A stretch of 64,000 nt of DNA from NCBI GenBank assembly GCA_041687695.1, contig JAWLBL010000002.1:318983-382982 (forward strand), written 5' to 3'. Below are positions 19,698 to 29,226 of the stretch, piece by piece. Position numbers and translations under genes: made by a program. This DNA is from Myxococcota bacterium (GTDB lineage Bacteria > Myxococcota_A > UBA9042 > PHBI01 > JAWLBL01). Under the pieces are notes generated by a model that ran no database searches, was not told where the DNA came from, and saw only the letters and a list, made by a program, of their open reading frames with translations. Each line of letters begins with the position of its first letter. The first letter of the stretch is position 1.

Positions 19698-20726
19698 ATG
19701 CTCATCGTCATGCAACCCGACGCCACGCAGGCCGACATCGACGCGGTCATCGCGCGTGTGCAGAGCCTGGGTTACGAGGCCAAGCCCCTGCCGGGGGCGC
19801 AGCGCACGGCCGTCGCCATCACGGGCAACAAGGGGCCGGTGCCGGCCGACCGCTTCGAGAGCCTGTCGGGCGTGCGCGAGGTGGTCCGCGTCTCGGCGCC
19901 CTACAAGCTGGTCAGCCGCGAGGTCAAGCCGGAGCCGACGATCATCCGCTTCGCGAACGGCGTCGCGCTGGGTGGCGGCAACTTCCATGTGATGGCGGGC
20001 CCCTGTTCGGTCGAGAGCCGCGAGCAGGTCCTCGAGACGGCGCACGCGGTCAAGGCGGCCGGCGCGACGTTCTTGCGCGGCGGTGCCTACAAACCCCGCA
20101 CGAGCCCCTACGAATTCCAGGGCCTCAAGGAGGACGGCCTGGCGCTGCTCGCCGAGGCGCGCGAGGCGACGGGCCTGCTGGTCGTCACCGAGGTCAAGGA
20201 CACCGAGACGGTCCCCCTGGTCGCCGAGTACGCCGACGTCCTGCAGATCGGCGCCCGCAACATGCAGAACCACTCGCTCCTCGAGAAGGTCGGCCGCCAG
20301 GGCAAGCCCGTCATGCTCAAGCGCGGCCTGTCGGCGACCATCAAGGAGCTGCTGATGAGCGCCGAGTACATCGTCAACGCGGGCAACCCCAACGTCATCC
20401 TGTGCGAGCGCGGCATCCGCACCTTCGAGACGATGACCCGCAACACCTTCGACGTCGGCGCGCTGCACATGATGCGCCAGCTCAGCCACCTGCCGGTCAT
20501 CGCCGACCCCTCCCACGGCATCGGCCTGTGGCACGGCGTCCCGGCCCTGGCCCGCGCCGCCGTGGTCGCCGGCGCCCACGGCCTCATCATCGAGGTCCAC
20601 CCGCGCCCCGCCGACGCCCTGTCCGACGGCCCGCAGTCCCTCAAGCCCAAGCGCTTCGCCAAGCTGATGCGCGAGGTCGCCGCCCTCCGCGCCGTCATGG
20701 AGGCCTCCGAGCGCGACGAGGCCTGA
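19698..20726 (+). CDS. aroF: DAHP synthase class I-beta with N-terminal regulatory domain
   Basis: Motifs [39 protein letters not shown] and DPSHG. Confidence 0.93.
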   Translation: MLIVMQPDATQADIDAVIARVQSLGYEAKPLPGAQRTAVAITGNKGPVPADRFESLSGVREVVRVSAPYKLVSREVKPEPTIIRFANGVALGGGNFHVMAGPCSVESREQVLETAHAVKAAGATFLRGGAYKPRTSPYEFQGLKEDGLALLAEAREATGLLVVTEVKDTETVPLVAEYADVLQIGARNMQNHSLLEKVGRQGKPVMLKRGLSATIKELLMSAEYIVNAGNPNVILCERGIRTFETMTRNTFDVGALHMMRQLSHLPVIADPSHGIGLWHGVPALARAAVVAGAHGLIIEVHPRPADALSDGPQSLKPKRFAKLMREVAALRAVMEASERDEA

Positions 20727-20849
20727 GCCAGGTAATCGGTTCCTGCTCGCCTCGCGCGGGAAAATGGCATCGATTCCGGCGCACCGAGCTGCGTCGCCTG
20801 CCGGGGCGCGTGCGAGATCAGGTTGCTCGCGCGTCGTACGGCCCCTAAG

Positions 20850-20922
20850 CCACGGACCACCGCCCCGGCCCCCGGCTACCGCCCCGGCCCCGGCCACCGC
20901 CCCGGCCCACGGCCCACGGCTA
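20850..20922. repeat. Short degenerate CC(A/C)CGG tandem array
   Basis: ccacggaccaccgccccggcccccgg...cccacggcccacggc; reverse-complement relative of the 11.0-11.4 kb array. Confidence 0.55.
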
Positions 20923-21120
20923 CACCCACCGCCCTCCTACGCCCTAACGGCTCAGCCTCGGCCACTTGGCTCGTGGTCAGCGCGACCTTGCTCGGCTTGC
21001 TCCCTGCCTACCAAGCGCAGCTTGCTGCACGTAGACCGGCGGACAGCGGTACAGTCATGCCCTGAGACCGGCCCGACCCTTGCCCGGCCAGGTCCGCGGC
21101 GCTCCCGAGGTTCGTAGTCG

Positions 21121-21438
21121 ATGGCCTCCAACTCGTGCGTTCATTTCGGTCAGGCGCCAGACGGTGTGTCGAGCTTCGTGATCCAGTCCCTGGCCGGTGA
21201 CGCCGTCGCTGCCCATCTGCTTGCAAGGAATGCCCTTCAGCCAAGCATCCTGCAGCGGCAGCCTGTGGCTCTCGACTTCCGCGGGATCGAGGTGGCCACG
21301 CAGAGCTTCCTCCATGCGCTGCTGTTCGAAACGCTTCGGCTCGCCTGGGCGCTTCAGGTCGAGGTGTGGGTCACCAACGCCGACCCGGCGGTCGAGAGCG
21401 GTCTCAAGCTGGTCGAGAACTACGCGCTGTCGGGCTGA
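21121..21438 (+). CDS. STAS-like (DUF4325-type) domain protein, possibly a C-terminal remnant
   Basis: Motif VALDFRGIEVATQSFLHALL; the 5' part has atypical codon usage and no clear RBS. Confidence 0.6.
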   Translation: MASNSCVHFGQAPDGVSSFVIQSLAGDAVAAHLLARNALQPSILQRQPVALDFRGIEVATQSFLHALLFETLRLAWALQVEVWVTNADPAVESGLKLVENYALSG

Positions 21439-21443
21439 CGCGC

Positions 21444-22211
21444 TCAGGCGTCGAGCAGCACGCTCAGGCAGGTGGGGCCGGCCTCGGCCTTGGCCAGCTC
21501 GGACAGATCGACGGTGACCACGTCCAAACCGCGGGCCTCGAGCAGGGCCGCGGTCCGGGGGTGGGCGGCGGGGACGAGGACGCCCGCGGGGCCGGCGAGG
21601 ACGTTGGCGGCCCAGGGCTCGGCGGCGGGGACCGGTTCGATCGGCAGGCCGGCGAGTCGGTCGACCTCGATCCAGGCCGGGTTGACCAGCAGGACCCCGT
21701 CGCCGGTGGCCGCGCAGGCGGTCTTGAGGTGCAGGCAGCCGTGGACCCCGACCGGGACGACCTGATAACCCAGCGGCCGGGCGACGGCGGCCAGGGCGGC
21801 GATCCCCGCGTCGTTGGTGCGGGTCGAGCGGCCGACGAACAGGCGCCGGCCGACGCGCAGCACGTCGCCGCCCTCGAGGGTGGCGGGCGCCTCGAGCACG
21901 ACCCGCGGGCGGTCGTCGGGCAGCGTCTGGGCCAGGGCGTCGACCTCGGGCCGGCGCGAGGCGGCGCCGGGGCGGGTCAGGACGAAGACCTCGGGCAGCG
22001 CGACCAGGGCGTCCTCGACGAAGACGCTGTCGGGCAGCGCCTCGAGCGGCGGCAGGCAGGTGACCTCGAGGCCCAGCGCGTCGAGGCCGGCCGCGTAGCC
22101 GGCGTGCTGCAGCGCGGCGAGATCCGGGTCGATGGCCACGCGGTCGAGGTAGGTCAGCTCGCAGGCCGCCAGCGAGCGCGCCGGGCGGCGGATCAGCGCG
22201 CGCGCGGCCAT
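21444..22211 (-). CDS. Dimethylarginine dimethylaminohydrolase / amidinotransferase family
   Basis: Motifs PDSVFVED, LEGGDVL, STRTN, LHLKT and KAEAGPTCLS. Confidence 0.9.
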   Translation of the reverse strand: MAARALIRRPARSLAACELTYLDRVAIDPDLAALQHAGYAAGLDALGLEVTCLPPLEALPDSVFVEDALVALPEVFVLTRPGAASRRPEVDALAQTLPDDRPRVVLEAPATLEGGDVLRVGRRLFVGRSTRTNDAGIAALAAVARPLGYQVVPVGVHGCLHLKTACAATGDGVLLVNPAWIEVDRLAGLPIEPVPAAEPWAANVLAGPAGVLVPAAHPRTAALLEARGLDVVTVDLSELAKAEAGPTCLSVLLDA

Positions 22212-23092
22212 CGGGCCTCGGCGGCGGGCGTGGGCTCGGCGGGCGCGGTCTCGGCGGGCGGAGCCAGATCGGGCAGGCCGGCCTGGGCGCGCCAGGTGCG
22301 CTCGCTCTCGCCGAGCTCGGCGATACGGTCCTTGATGCGCTCGGCGATGCGGACGTAGGTGCGCTGCTCGGCCGGCTCGGCGTACAGCTCGGCGAGGTCC
22401 ATCGGCGCGCCGAAGACGATGGTCACGGGGTCGGCTTGGCCGGTGAAGTTGCCCACGACCTGCCGCGGGAAGTCGTTGGACAGGCCCAGGATGAAGGCCG
22501 GCAGCACGGTGGGGCGGGCGCCGTGGGTCAGGCGGCCGATGCCCGGGTTGGCCGGCAGCAGCGTGTAGGGGTCGGGCGTCTTGTTGCGCGTGCCCTCGGG
22601 GTGGTAGCCGACGACCGCGCCGCGGCGGGTGGCGACCTGGGTCAGCGCGTCCATCGTGTAGCGGTTGAAGGCGCGCTTGTCGGGGGCGCGCAGGACGGGC
22701 GGGTACATGGCCAGGCCCGCCATGACGGCGTTGACGACGACCCCGCCGGCGCCCTCGTAGAAGTAGTTGCTGCGGACGGGGAAGTACATCTCGCGCACGA
22801 AGTCGGTCCGGCGCAGCAGGACCGAGGCGATGACGTACATGTCGAAGAAGCTGCGGTGGTTGGACGCGATGACCAGGCCGCCCGCGGGATCGAGCGACGT
22901 CAGGTGCTCGGCGCCCTGCACGTGCAGGATGTTCTTGGTGCAGTGGTGCACCCAGGCGGCGCCGGCGGTGCGCAGGAAGGCGTGCGAGGCGCGCTTGAGG
23001 CGCGGATCGCGGTTGAAGCGGTCGGCGACCTCGAAGGTCAGGCGTTCCCGCAGGTTCAGGAGGCGGAGCTCGTCGGGGGTGGGGCGGCGCAT
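22193..23092 (-). CDS. Lysophospholipid acyltransferase (PlsC family)
   Basis: NHRSFFD (HX4D) and HPEGTR motifs. Confidence 0.88.
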   Translation of the reverse strand: MRRPTPDELRLLNLRERLTFEVADRFNRDPRLKRASHAFLRTAGAAWVHHCTKNILHVQGAEHLTSLDPAGGLVIASNHRSFFDMYVIASVLLRRTDFVREMYFPVRSNYFYEGAGGVVVNAVMAGLAMYPPVLRAPDKRAFNRYTMDALTQVATRRGAVVGYHPEGTRNKTPDPYTLLPANPGIGRLTHGARPTVLPAFILGLSNDFPRQVVGNFTGQADPVTIVFGAPMDLAELYAEPAEQRTYVRIAERIKDRIAELGESERTWRAQAGLPDLAPPAETAPAEPTPAAEARWPRAR

Positions 23093-23226
23093 GGCGCCAA
23101 GGTGCACCCAAACGGGCGGCGCGTCGAGGGGGTTGCCGACGCGGGCCCGGCGTCCGAGTTCGCGGGGGGCTCGCGGGGGGCGCGCGGCGCGCGTATGATG
23201 CGCGGCCTGTGTGATGGGCGAGCGAC

Positions 23227-24966
23227 GTGGGGTGGGACGTGGGGCGTGGGTTGTGGACACGGCCGTGGCTGGCCGGGCTCTTGGTGGTGGTCGGGGCCTG
23301 CTCGGACCCCGGCGGGGCCGGCCCGGTCGAGGAGGACATCGGCGCGGGCTTCCCGGACGCGTTCCCGACGGCCGACCCGGGCGGACCGGCGCCCGTGGAC
23401 GCGGCGCCCGAGACCAAGGAGCCGGGGCCGGACGTCGCGACCGCCGACGTACCGCCGGGAGACGTGGCGGGGCCGGCGTGCGTCGAGGGGCTGGTGTGCA
23501 ACGACGGGGACCCGTGCACGGTCAACGACCAGTGCAAGGGCGGCGTGTGCGTGGGGGCACAGCTGGGCTGCGACGACGGGGTGCCGTGCACGGCCGACAA
23601 GTGCATCGGGGGGACCTGTCACAACGACGTCGTCTTCGGCAACTGCCTCATCGGCGGGGTCTGCTACTCCGATCAGCAGCCGAACCCGCAGAACGGCTGT
23701 GAGCGCTGCGTGGCCGCGGCCGCGAGCGGGGCCTGGACCACCGACGCGGCGGCCTGCGACGACGGCGACCCGTGCACGACCGACGGCTGCGTGGGCGGCG
23801 CCTGCCAGTCGACGCCGGTGAGCTGCCCGGACGACGGCAACCCGTGCACCAGCCACGCCTGCGTGGGCGGCGGGTGCGTCGCGCAGCCGCTCAACGCGGT
23901 GCCCTGCGACGACGGCGACCCGTGCACGGTCGGCGACACCTGCCTGCAGGGTGTGTGTTACGCCGGCGGCGACACGCCGGCCGAGGTGTGTGGCGACGGC
24001 AAGGACAACGACTGCGACGGGCTGACCGACGGGCAGGACGACGACTGCTCGGTGGTGACCCCGCCGGGCGGGTCCTGCGCCTATCACACCGACTGCTACC
24101 CCGAGGGGGTCTGCGCGAAGTGGAAGTCGACCGGCCAGACGGTCTGCAGCGTCCCCTGCGCCGGCGACTCGGACTGCGCGGCCGGGCACATGTGCTCGAA
24201 GGTGCCGGGCAGCGCGCAGGTGGGCTTCTGCGAGGCCGTCCCGACCGGCCTGTCGCCCGCCGGCGTCGCCTGCACGTCGGGCACGCAGTGCGCCAGCGGC
24301 CTGTGCACCGGCGTGTGCGTGTCGGTCTGCATGGACGCTGCGCACTGCCCGGGCGCGACCCTGGCCTGCCAGCCGGCCGGCGACAAGGCCTCGGACACCC
24401 TGGTCACCGTCTGCAGCGCGGTGGTCGGCGGCAGCCAGCCGACTGGCCTCGCCTGCACGGCGGACGGCGTGCAGTTCCACAGCGGCCACTGCACGACCAA
24501 GCACTGCGATCTGCTGCCCTGGCCGGCCAACGCCTGGTACTGCGCCAACCTGTGCAAGAGCGATCTGGACTGCCCGACCCACATGGAGTGCAACATCTTC
24601 ATGTACGCGGCCTGGCCCAACGCCGCCTCGGTGCCCTACGACCCGCTGTTTTCGGCCAAGACCCACGACACGGTCACCGGCTGCTACACCTCGGCCAACG
24701 CCGGCGGCGCCAAGAAGATCGGCACGCCCTGCGCGCACCCCAGCGAGTGCGCCAGCCAGATGTGCCTGCCGCTGCTCCCGGGCGACCCGACCCAGTACTG
24801 CACGTCCTACTGCGCCTATGACGCCGAGTGCGGCAGCGGCATGGCCTGCAAGCTCGAGGCGACCACCCTGGTCAGCCCCTGGCTCAACGAGAGCTTCGGG
24901 ACCCCCGACGATCAGGCCCCGGTCCCCAGCGCCTGGACCCTGGCCCGCCTCTGCAAGTTCGAGTGA
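23227..24966 (+). CDS. Cys-rich lipoprotein
   Basis: Lipobox VGAC, CDDGDPCT repeats, EVCGDGKDNDCDGLTD motif and a Cys-rich C-terminal region. Confidence 0.85.
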   Translation: MGWDVGRGLWTRPWLAGLLVVVGACSDPGGAGPVEEDIGAGFPDAFPTADPGGPAPVDAAPETKEPGPDVATADVPPGDVAGPACVEGLVCNDGDPCTVNDQCKGGVCVGAQLGCDDGVPCTADKCIGGTCHNDVVFGNCLIGGVCYSDQQPNPQNGCERCVAAAASGAWTTDAAACDDGDPCTTDGCVGGACQSTPVSCPDDGNPCTSHACVGGGCVAQPLNAVPCDDGDPCTVGDTCLQGVCYAGGDTPAEVCGDGKDNDCDGLTDGQDDDCSVVTPPGGSCAYHTDCYPEGVCAKWKSTGQTVCSVPCAGDSDCAAGHMCSKVPGSAQVGFCEAVPTGLSPAGVACTSGTQCASGLCTGVCVSVCMDAAHCPGATLACQPAGDKASDTLVTVCSAVVGGSQPTGLACTADGVQFHSGHCTTKHCDLLPWPANAWYCANLCKSDLDCPTHMECNIFMYAAWPNAASVPYDPLFSAKTHDTVTGCYTSANAGGAKKIGTPCAHPSECASQMCLPLLPGDPTQYCTSYCAYDAECGSGMACKLEATTLVSPWLNESFGTPDDQAPVPSAWTLARLCKFE

Positions 24967-26318
24967 TGAAGGTCCAGCGCGTCCTGGAATCGGACTGGTG
25001 GGCCGGCCCCGGCGGCCCGGACGTCGCCCCGACGCCCGAGCAGGACGATGCCTTCCGCCAGCACGCCAACGAGGTCACCACCCGCAACGGCCGCCTGTGC
25101 GCCGTCGGCATCCTGCTGGCGGCCATCCTCTTCTGGCCCACCGACCCGCTGCTCTTCCACGGCGAGCCCGAGATCCTCTACCACTTCGCCTGGGCGCGCG
25201 GCCTGACCGTCGCCTGGGCCCTGCTGACGCTCGCCGCCCTGCACCGCGCCAGCCCCCTGCGCCGCCGCGCGGCCCTGGTCCTGCTGCTCGGCGCCTGCGG
25301 CGGCGCCGCCTCGGGCGCCTGGCACTTCGCCGCCATCACCGACATCCCCGTGGCCCTGTACTACATCATCTACCCGGTCACCCCGCTGTCGACCATCGTG
25401 CTGGTCGGCTTCTGGTGGCGCCTCGCCGGCACCGCCGCCCTCGGGATCGCCTGGACCCTCACCTACCTCGCGCCCAACCCCGAGGTCTTCGCCGACCGCT
25501 TCTCCTGGTCGATGGTCGCCTTCGAGGCCTTCGTCGTCGTCTTCACGGCCTTCCTTGGCCACACCATCTACGCCCTGAGCCGCGAGAACTTCCTGCAGCG
25601 CCTGCGGCTGGCCACCCAGACCGTCGCCCTCGACGAGGCCCGCGCCCGCTCGGACGAGCTGCTGCTCAACGTCCTGCCGCCTCCCATCGCCGAGCGCTTG
25701 AAGCACGGCGAGCGCCCCATCGCCGACGGCCACGCCGAGGTCACCGTCCTGTTCGCCGACGTCTGCGGCTTCACGCCCATGTCCGAGCGTCTCACCCCGG
25801 CCGAGCTCGTCCAGCTCCTCAACCGCGTCTTCACCGAGTTCGACCGCCTCGCCGCCCGCCACGGCCTCGAGAAGGTCAAGACCATCGGCGACGCCTACAT
25901 GCTGGCCGCCGGCCTGCCCGATCCGCACCCCCACTCCGCCCGCGCCGCCGCCGAGATGGCCCTGGACATGCGCCGCGTCGCCCGCGCCGTCCGCGGCCCC
26001 GACGGGCGCCCGCTGGCGATGCGCATCGGCCTGCACACCGGCCCGGTGGTCGCCGGCGTCATCGGCCTCAAGAAGTTCGCCTACGACCTGTGGGGCGACA
26101 CCGTGAACACGGCCAGCCGCATGGAGTCCCACGGGCCGCCCGGGTCCATCCAGGTCAGCGAGGCGACCTACCGACACCTCGAGGGCGAGTACGTCTTCGA
26201 GGCCCGCGGCCTCGTCGAGGTCAAGGGCAAGGGGCGCATGCCGGTCTACCTGCTCCAGGCCCGCCGCGACGCCGCGACCCGCCGCGCCGACGAGCTCGCC
26301 GACGCCGCCGAGGCTTGA
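24966..26318 (+). CDS. Membrane-bound class III adenylate/guanylate cyclase
   Basis: About 6 TMs followed by VTVLFADVCGFT, KTIGDAYM and YDLWGDTVNTASRMES. ATG overlaps the upstream TGA. Confidence 0.93.
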   Translation: MKVQRVLESDWWAGPGGPDVAPTPEQDDAFRQHANEVTTRNGRLCAVGILLAAILFWPTDPLLFHGEPEILYHFAWARGLTVAWALLTLAALHRASPLRRRAALVLLLGACGGAASGAWHFAAITDIPVALYYIIYPVTPLSTIVLVGFWWRLAGTAALGIAWTLTYLAPNPEVFADRFSWSMVAFEAFVVVFTAFLGHTIYALSRENFLQRLRLATQTVALDEARARSDELLLNVLPPPIAERLKHGERPIADGHAEVTVLFADVCGFTPMSERLTPAELVQLLNRVFTEFDRLAARHGLEKVKTIGDAYMLAAGLPDPHPHSARAAAEMALDMRRVARAVRGPDGRPLAMRIGLHTGPVVAGVIGLKKFAYDLWGDTVNTASRMESHGPPGSIQVSEATYRHLEGEYVFEARGLVEVKGKGRMPVYLLQARRDAATRRADELADAAEA

Positions 26319-26325
26319 CCCCCGG

Positions 26326-27795
26326 TCACCCGGCGCGCGGCCGCTGGGCGGCGTAGCGGCCGACCAGCTCGACCAGCTCCTGCACGGCGACCGGCTTCTT
26401 CAGGACCCCGGCCAGGCGGCGCGGGTCGGTCTTGCGGGCGATGTTGGGGTCGGCGGTGATGACGGCGACCGGGATCTCGGCCAGCTGGTCGTTCTGGCGC
26501 AGCTCGCTCAGCAGCGCGCCGCCGTCCACCCGGGGCATCCACCAGTCGGTCAGGATGAGGGCCGGCCGCGGCTCTCGGTACAGCCACGCCAAGGCGGGCG
26601 CGCCGTCGTCGACCGCGACCGCGTGGAACCGCTCGTCGGTCAGGACCTCGAGCAGCTGCTGGCGCACGTCGGGATCGTCCTCGACGATCAGCACGACGTC
26701 GCTGCAGGCGCCGCCCAGGGCGTGGCCGATGACGCCGTGGCGCTGCGAGGGCTGGCGCCGGCGCGCCGCGTCGACCCGGGCCCGGGGGGCCGTCGCGCAG
26801 GGGCGAGGCGCGGCGACGGCGAGCCGCGAGCCGCCGAGGTCCCAGGGCGCGGTGGTCTGCAGCGCGCGCGGGCGGGTCGCGGCCAGGGCTCCGAGCCCGG
26901 ACGGGCGGGGGCGAGGGTCGGGCGGTGAGATCGCCTCGGGGCGGGCCATCCGGACGAGGCCGCGTCGCACCTCGCGCAGGGCGCGGGCGTAGCTGCGGGC
27001 GCTGCCGGGGCGGGCGTCGGGCTGGGGAGACAGGGCCGCGTGGACCGCTTGCGCGAGGCCGCTGGGCAGCGGGGGCAGGCCGGGCGGCGGCAGGGGCGCG
27101 CTGGGGTGACGCTGGGTGCGCTCGAGCAGCGCGGCCAGGGTGTCGGTGTCGAAGGGGAGGGCGCCGGCGACCAGCTCGTGGAACAGCAGGGTCGCCGAGT
27201 ACAGGTCGGAGCGCGCGTCGAGCGGCCCGCCGAAGAGCTGCTCGGGCGAGGCGTAGGCGGGGGTCCCGACGAACGAGCCGACGCGCGTCAGGCCGGGCCC
27301 CTCGTCGTCGATGGCCTTGGCGATGCCGAAGTCGAGCAGCTTGGGGCGTGGCTGGCCGGTCGCCGAGGGCACCAGCAGGACGTTGCCCGGCTTGAGGTCG
27401 CGATGCAGGACCGCCTGCGCGTGGATGGCGTCGAGCCCGTCGAGGATGCCTACCAGGATGTCGAGCGCCTCGGCCCAGGGCACCGCGCCGGTCGCGGCCA
27501 GGCGCTCGTCGAGCAGCTGGCCGTCGACGTGCTCCATCGCGATGCACGGCCGACCGTCGCCCAGCAGCCCGTAGTCCAGTAGAGCCACGACGTTCGGGTG
27601 ACGCACCCGCGCCATCAGCTCGGCCTCGCGCTCGAAGCGCGCGGCGGTCTGGGGCCGCACCTGATGGAGGACCTTCAGCGCGACGCGGTGGCCGAGCCGC
27701 GCGTGGCGCGCGCGATAGACCCGGCCCATCCCCCCCTCACCGATGAGCCCTTCGACCTCGTAGCGTCCCAGGACGGTCTCGCCCGGCTGCAGCAT
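26326..27795 (-). CDS. Ser/Thr protein kinase with C-terminal receiver domain
   Basis: Kinase motifs GEGGMG, VALK, HRDLKPGN, DFG, YASPE; receiver motifs VLIVEDD, LILTDWWMP, VITA, KKP. Confidence 0.9.
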   Translation of the reverse strand: MLQPGETVLGRYEVEGLIGEGGMGRVYRARHARLGHRVALKVLHQVRPQTAARFEREAELMARVRHPNVVALLDYGLLGDGRPCIAMEHVDGQLLDERLAATGAVPWAEALDILVGILDGLDAIHAQAVLHRDLKPGNVLLVPSATGQPRPKLLDFGIAKAIDDEGPGLTRVGSFVGTPAYASPEQLFGGPLDARSDLYSATLLFHELVAGALPFDTDTLAALLERTQRHPSAPLPPPGLPPLPSGLAQAVHAALSPQPDARPGSARSYARALREVRRGLVRMARPEAISPPDPRPRPSGLGALAATRPRALQTTAPWDLGGSRLAVAAPRPCATAPRARVDAARRRQPSQRHGVIGHALGGACSDVVLIVEDDPDVRQQLLEVLTDERFHAVAVDDGAPALAWLYREPRPALILTDWWMPRVDGGALLSELRQNDQLAEIPVAVITADPNIARKTDPRRLAGVLKKPVAVQELVELVGRYAAQRPRAG

Positions 27796-28020
27796 GTGTG
27801 CCGCCCTCGTCCAAATGCCTGCCTGAATGGAAGCGCCCCGCGCGCTTGGAGGCAGCGCCGCGCGCCGGCCGCCGAAGCGCTGGGGAACACCGCTCGAAGC
27901 GTCGTCACGTTCGTGACGGGCCGAGCCTCCGACGGTTCGCCCCCGGCGGGCAACGTCCCGGGCGTAACCGTGGCGGAGGCCCGACGACGTCACCCGCACC
28001 CGGGGCGTCGTCCCTGGACG

Positions 28021-29097
28021 TCAGCGCGGCGGCGGCGCTACGACGCCACCGGCCTGCGTGGCCGCCAGGGTGCCGCAGGCGGCGCCGATCTCCTTGCCAC
28101 CCGAGTAGCGGCGGGCGACGGGCGCAGGCAGCAGCTCGCGCAGGTGATCGCGGAAGCGGGCCAGCTCCTCCGGGCCCGGCGGCAGGTAGCGGCCGGTCGG
28201 GTCGGTGACGTCGATGAGGTCGAGCTTGATGGGCACGCCCTCGAAGGCGCGGGCGAGGGCCTCGGCGTCGTCGCGGCCGGTGTTGAAGCCGGCGATGAGG
28301 ACGTAGGCCAGCATGACCCGCTGGCGGCGCGCGGCGGCGTGCTCGCGGACGGCGTCGACCAGCGTCGGCAGCGGGTGGGTGCGCTCGACGGGCAGGAGGC
28401 GGCCGCGCTTTTCGGGGATCGCCGAGGTCAGCGAGACGACGAGGCGATAGGGCTGCCCCTCGCGCGTGTAGCGGCGCATGGCGGGGACCACGCCGACGGT
28501 CGACACGCTGATGGCCTTGGCGCCGATGGCGGGGCCGGCGGGGTCGCGCAGGATCTCGGCGGCGCGCATGACCTCGGCGTAGTTGAGCAGGGGCTCGCCC
28601 ATGCCCATGAAGACGACGCCGCGGACGGGGATCGGGCTCTCGGCGCGGACCCGCAGCACCTGATCGACGATCTCCCAGGTGCGCAGGTTCCGCGAGAAGC
28701 CCAGGTGACCGGTGGCGCAGAAGTCGCAGCCCATCGCGCAGCCGACCTGCGACGAGACGCAGACGACCGCCTTGTCGCCCAGGATGGGGATGCGCACCGC
28801 CTCGAAGCGGCCGCCCAGGGGCGAGGCGAACAGGTACTTGACGAAGCCGTCGGCGGCGACGCGGCGCTCGACCACCTCGAGCTCGGGCAGAGTCGAGCGG
28901 CGCAGGAGCGCCAGCACGGGCGAGGGGACCTGCGGGGTGGCCAGGACCTCGTCGAGCGTGCGGGCGCCGTGGGCGAAGACGCTGGCGAACAGCTTGCGGA
29001 CGCCGATGGGCGGCGGCGAGAACGGCGCGAGCCGGGCCTCGAGCTCGGCGAAGGAGAGGTCCTTGAGGTTCAGGCCGTCGGGGTCGGGGGCGTGCAT
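28021..29097 (-). CDS. RlmN/Cfr-family radical SAM RNA methyltransferase
   Basis: Motifs CVSSQVGCAMGCDFC, FMGMGEP and C-terminal AACG. Confidence 0.88.
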   Translation of the reverse strand: MHAPDPDGLNLKDLSFAELEARLAPFSPPPIGVRKLFASVFAHGARTLDEVLATPQVPSPVLALLRRSTLPELEVVERRVAADGFVKYLFASPLGGRFEAVRIPILGDKAVVCVSSQVGCAMGCDFCATGHLGFSRNLRTWEIVDQVLRVRAESPIPVRGVVFMGMGEPLLNYAEVMRAAEILRDPAGPAIGAKAISVSTVGVVPAMRRYTREGQPYRLVVSLTSAIPEKRGRLLPVERTHPLPTLVDAVREHAAARRQRVMLAYVLIAGFNTGRDDAEALARAFEGVPIKLDLIDVTDPTGRYLPPGPEELARFRDHLRELLPAPVARRYSGGKEIGAACGTLAATQAGGVVAPPPR

Positions 29098-29226
29098 CGG
29101 GGCGGACTGTAACCGGGTTGAGCGCCCGCGGGCAGCTGGGATCGTCAGGCCGCCCGATCCGGTGACCGGGCGGGCGGACCGCGGTACGGTCGGGGCGAGC
29201 ATCAACGAGCGGCGTGCGAGGTCGGC

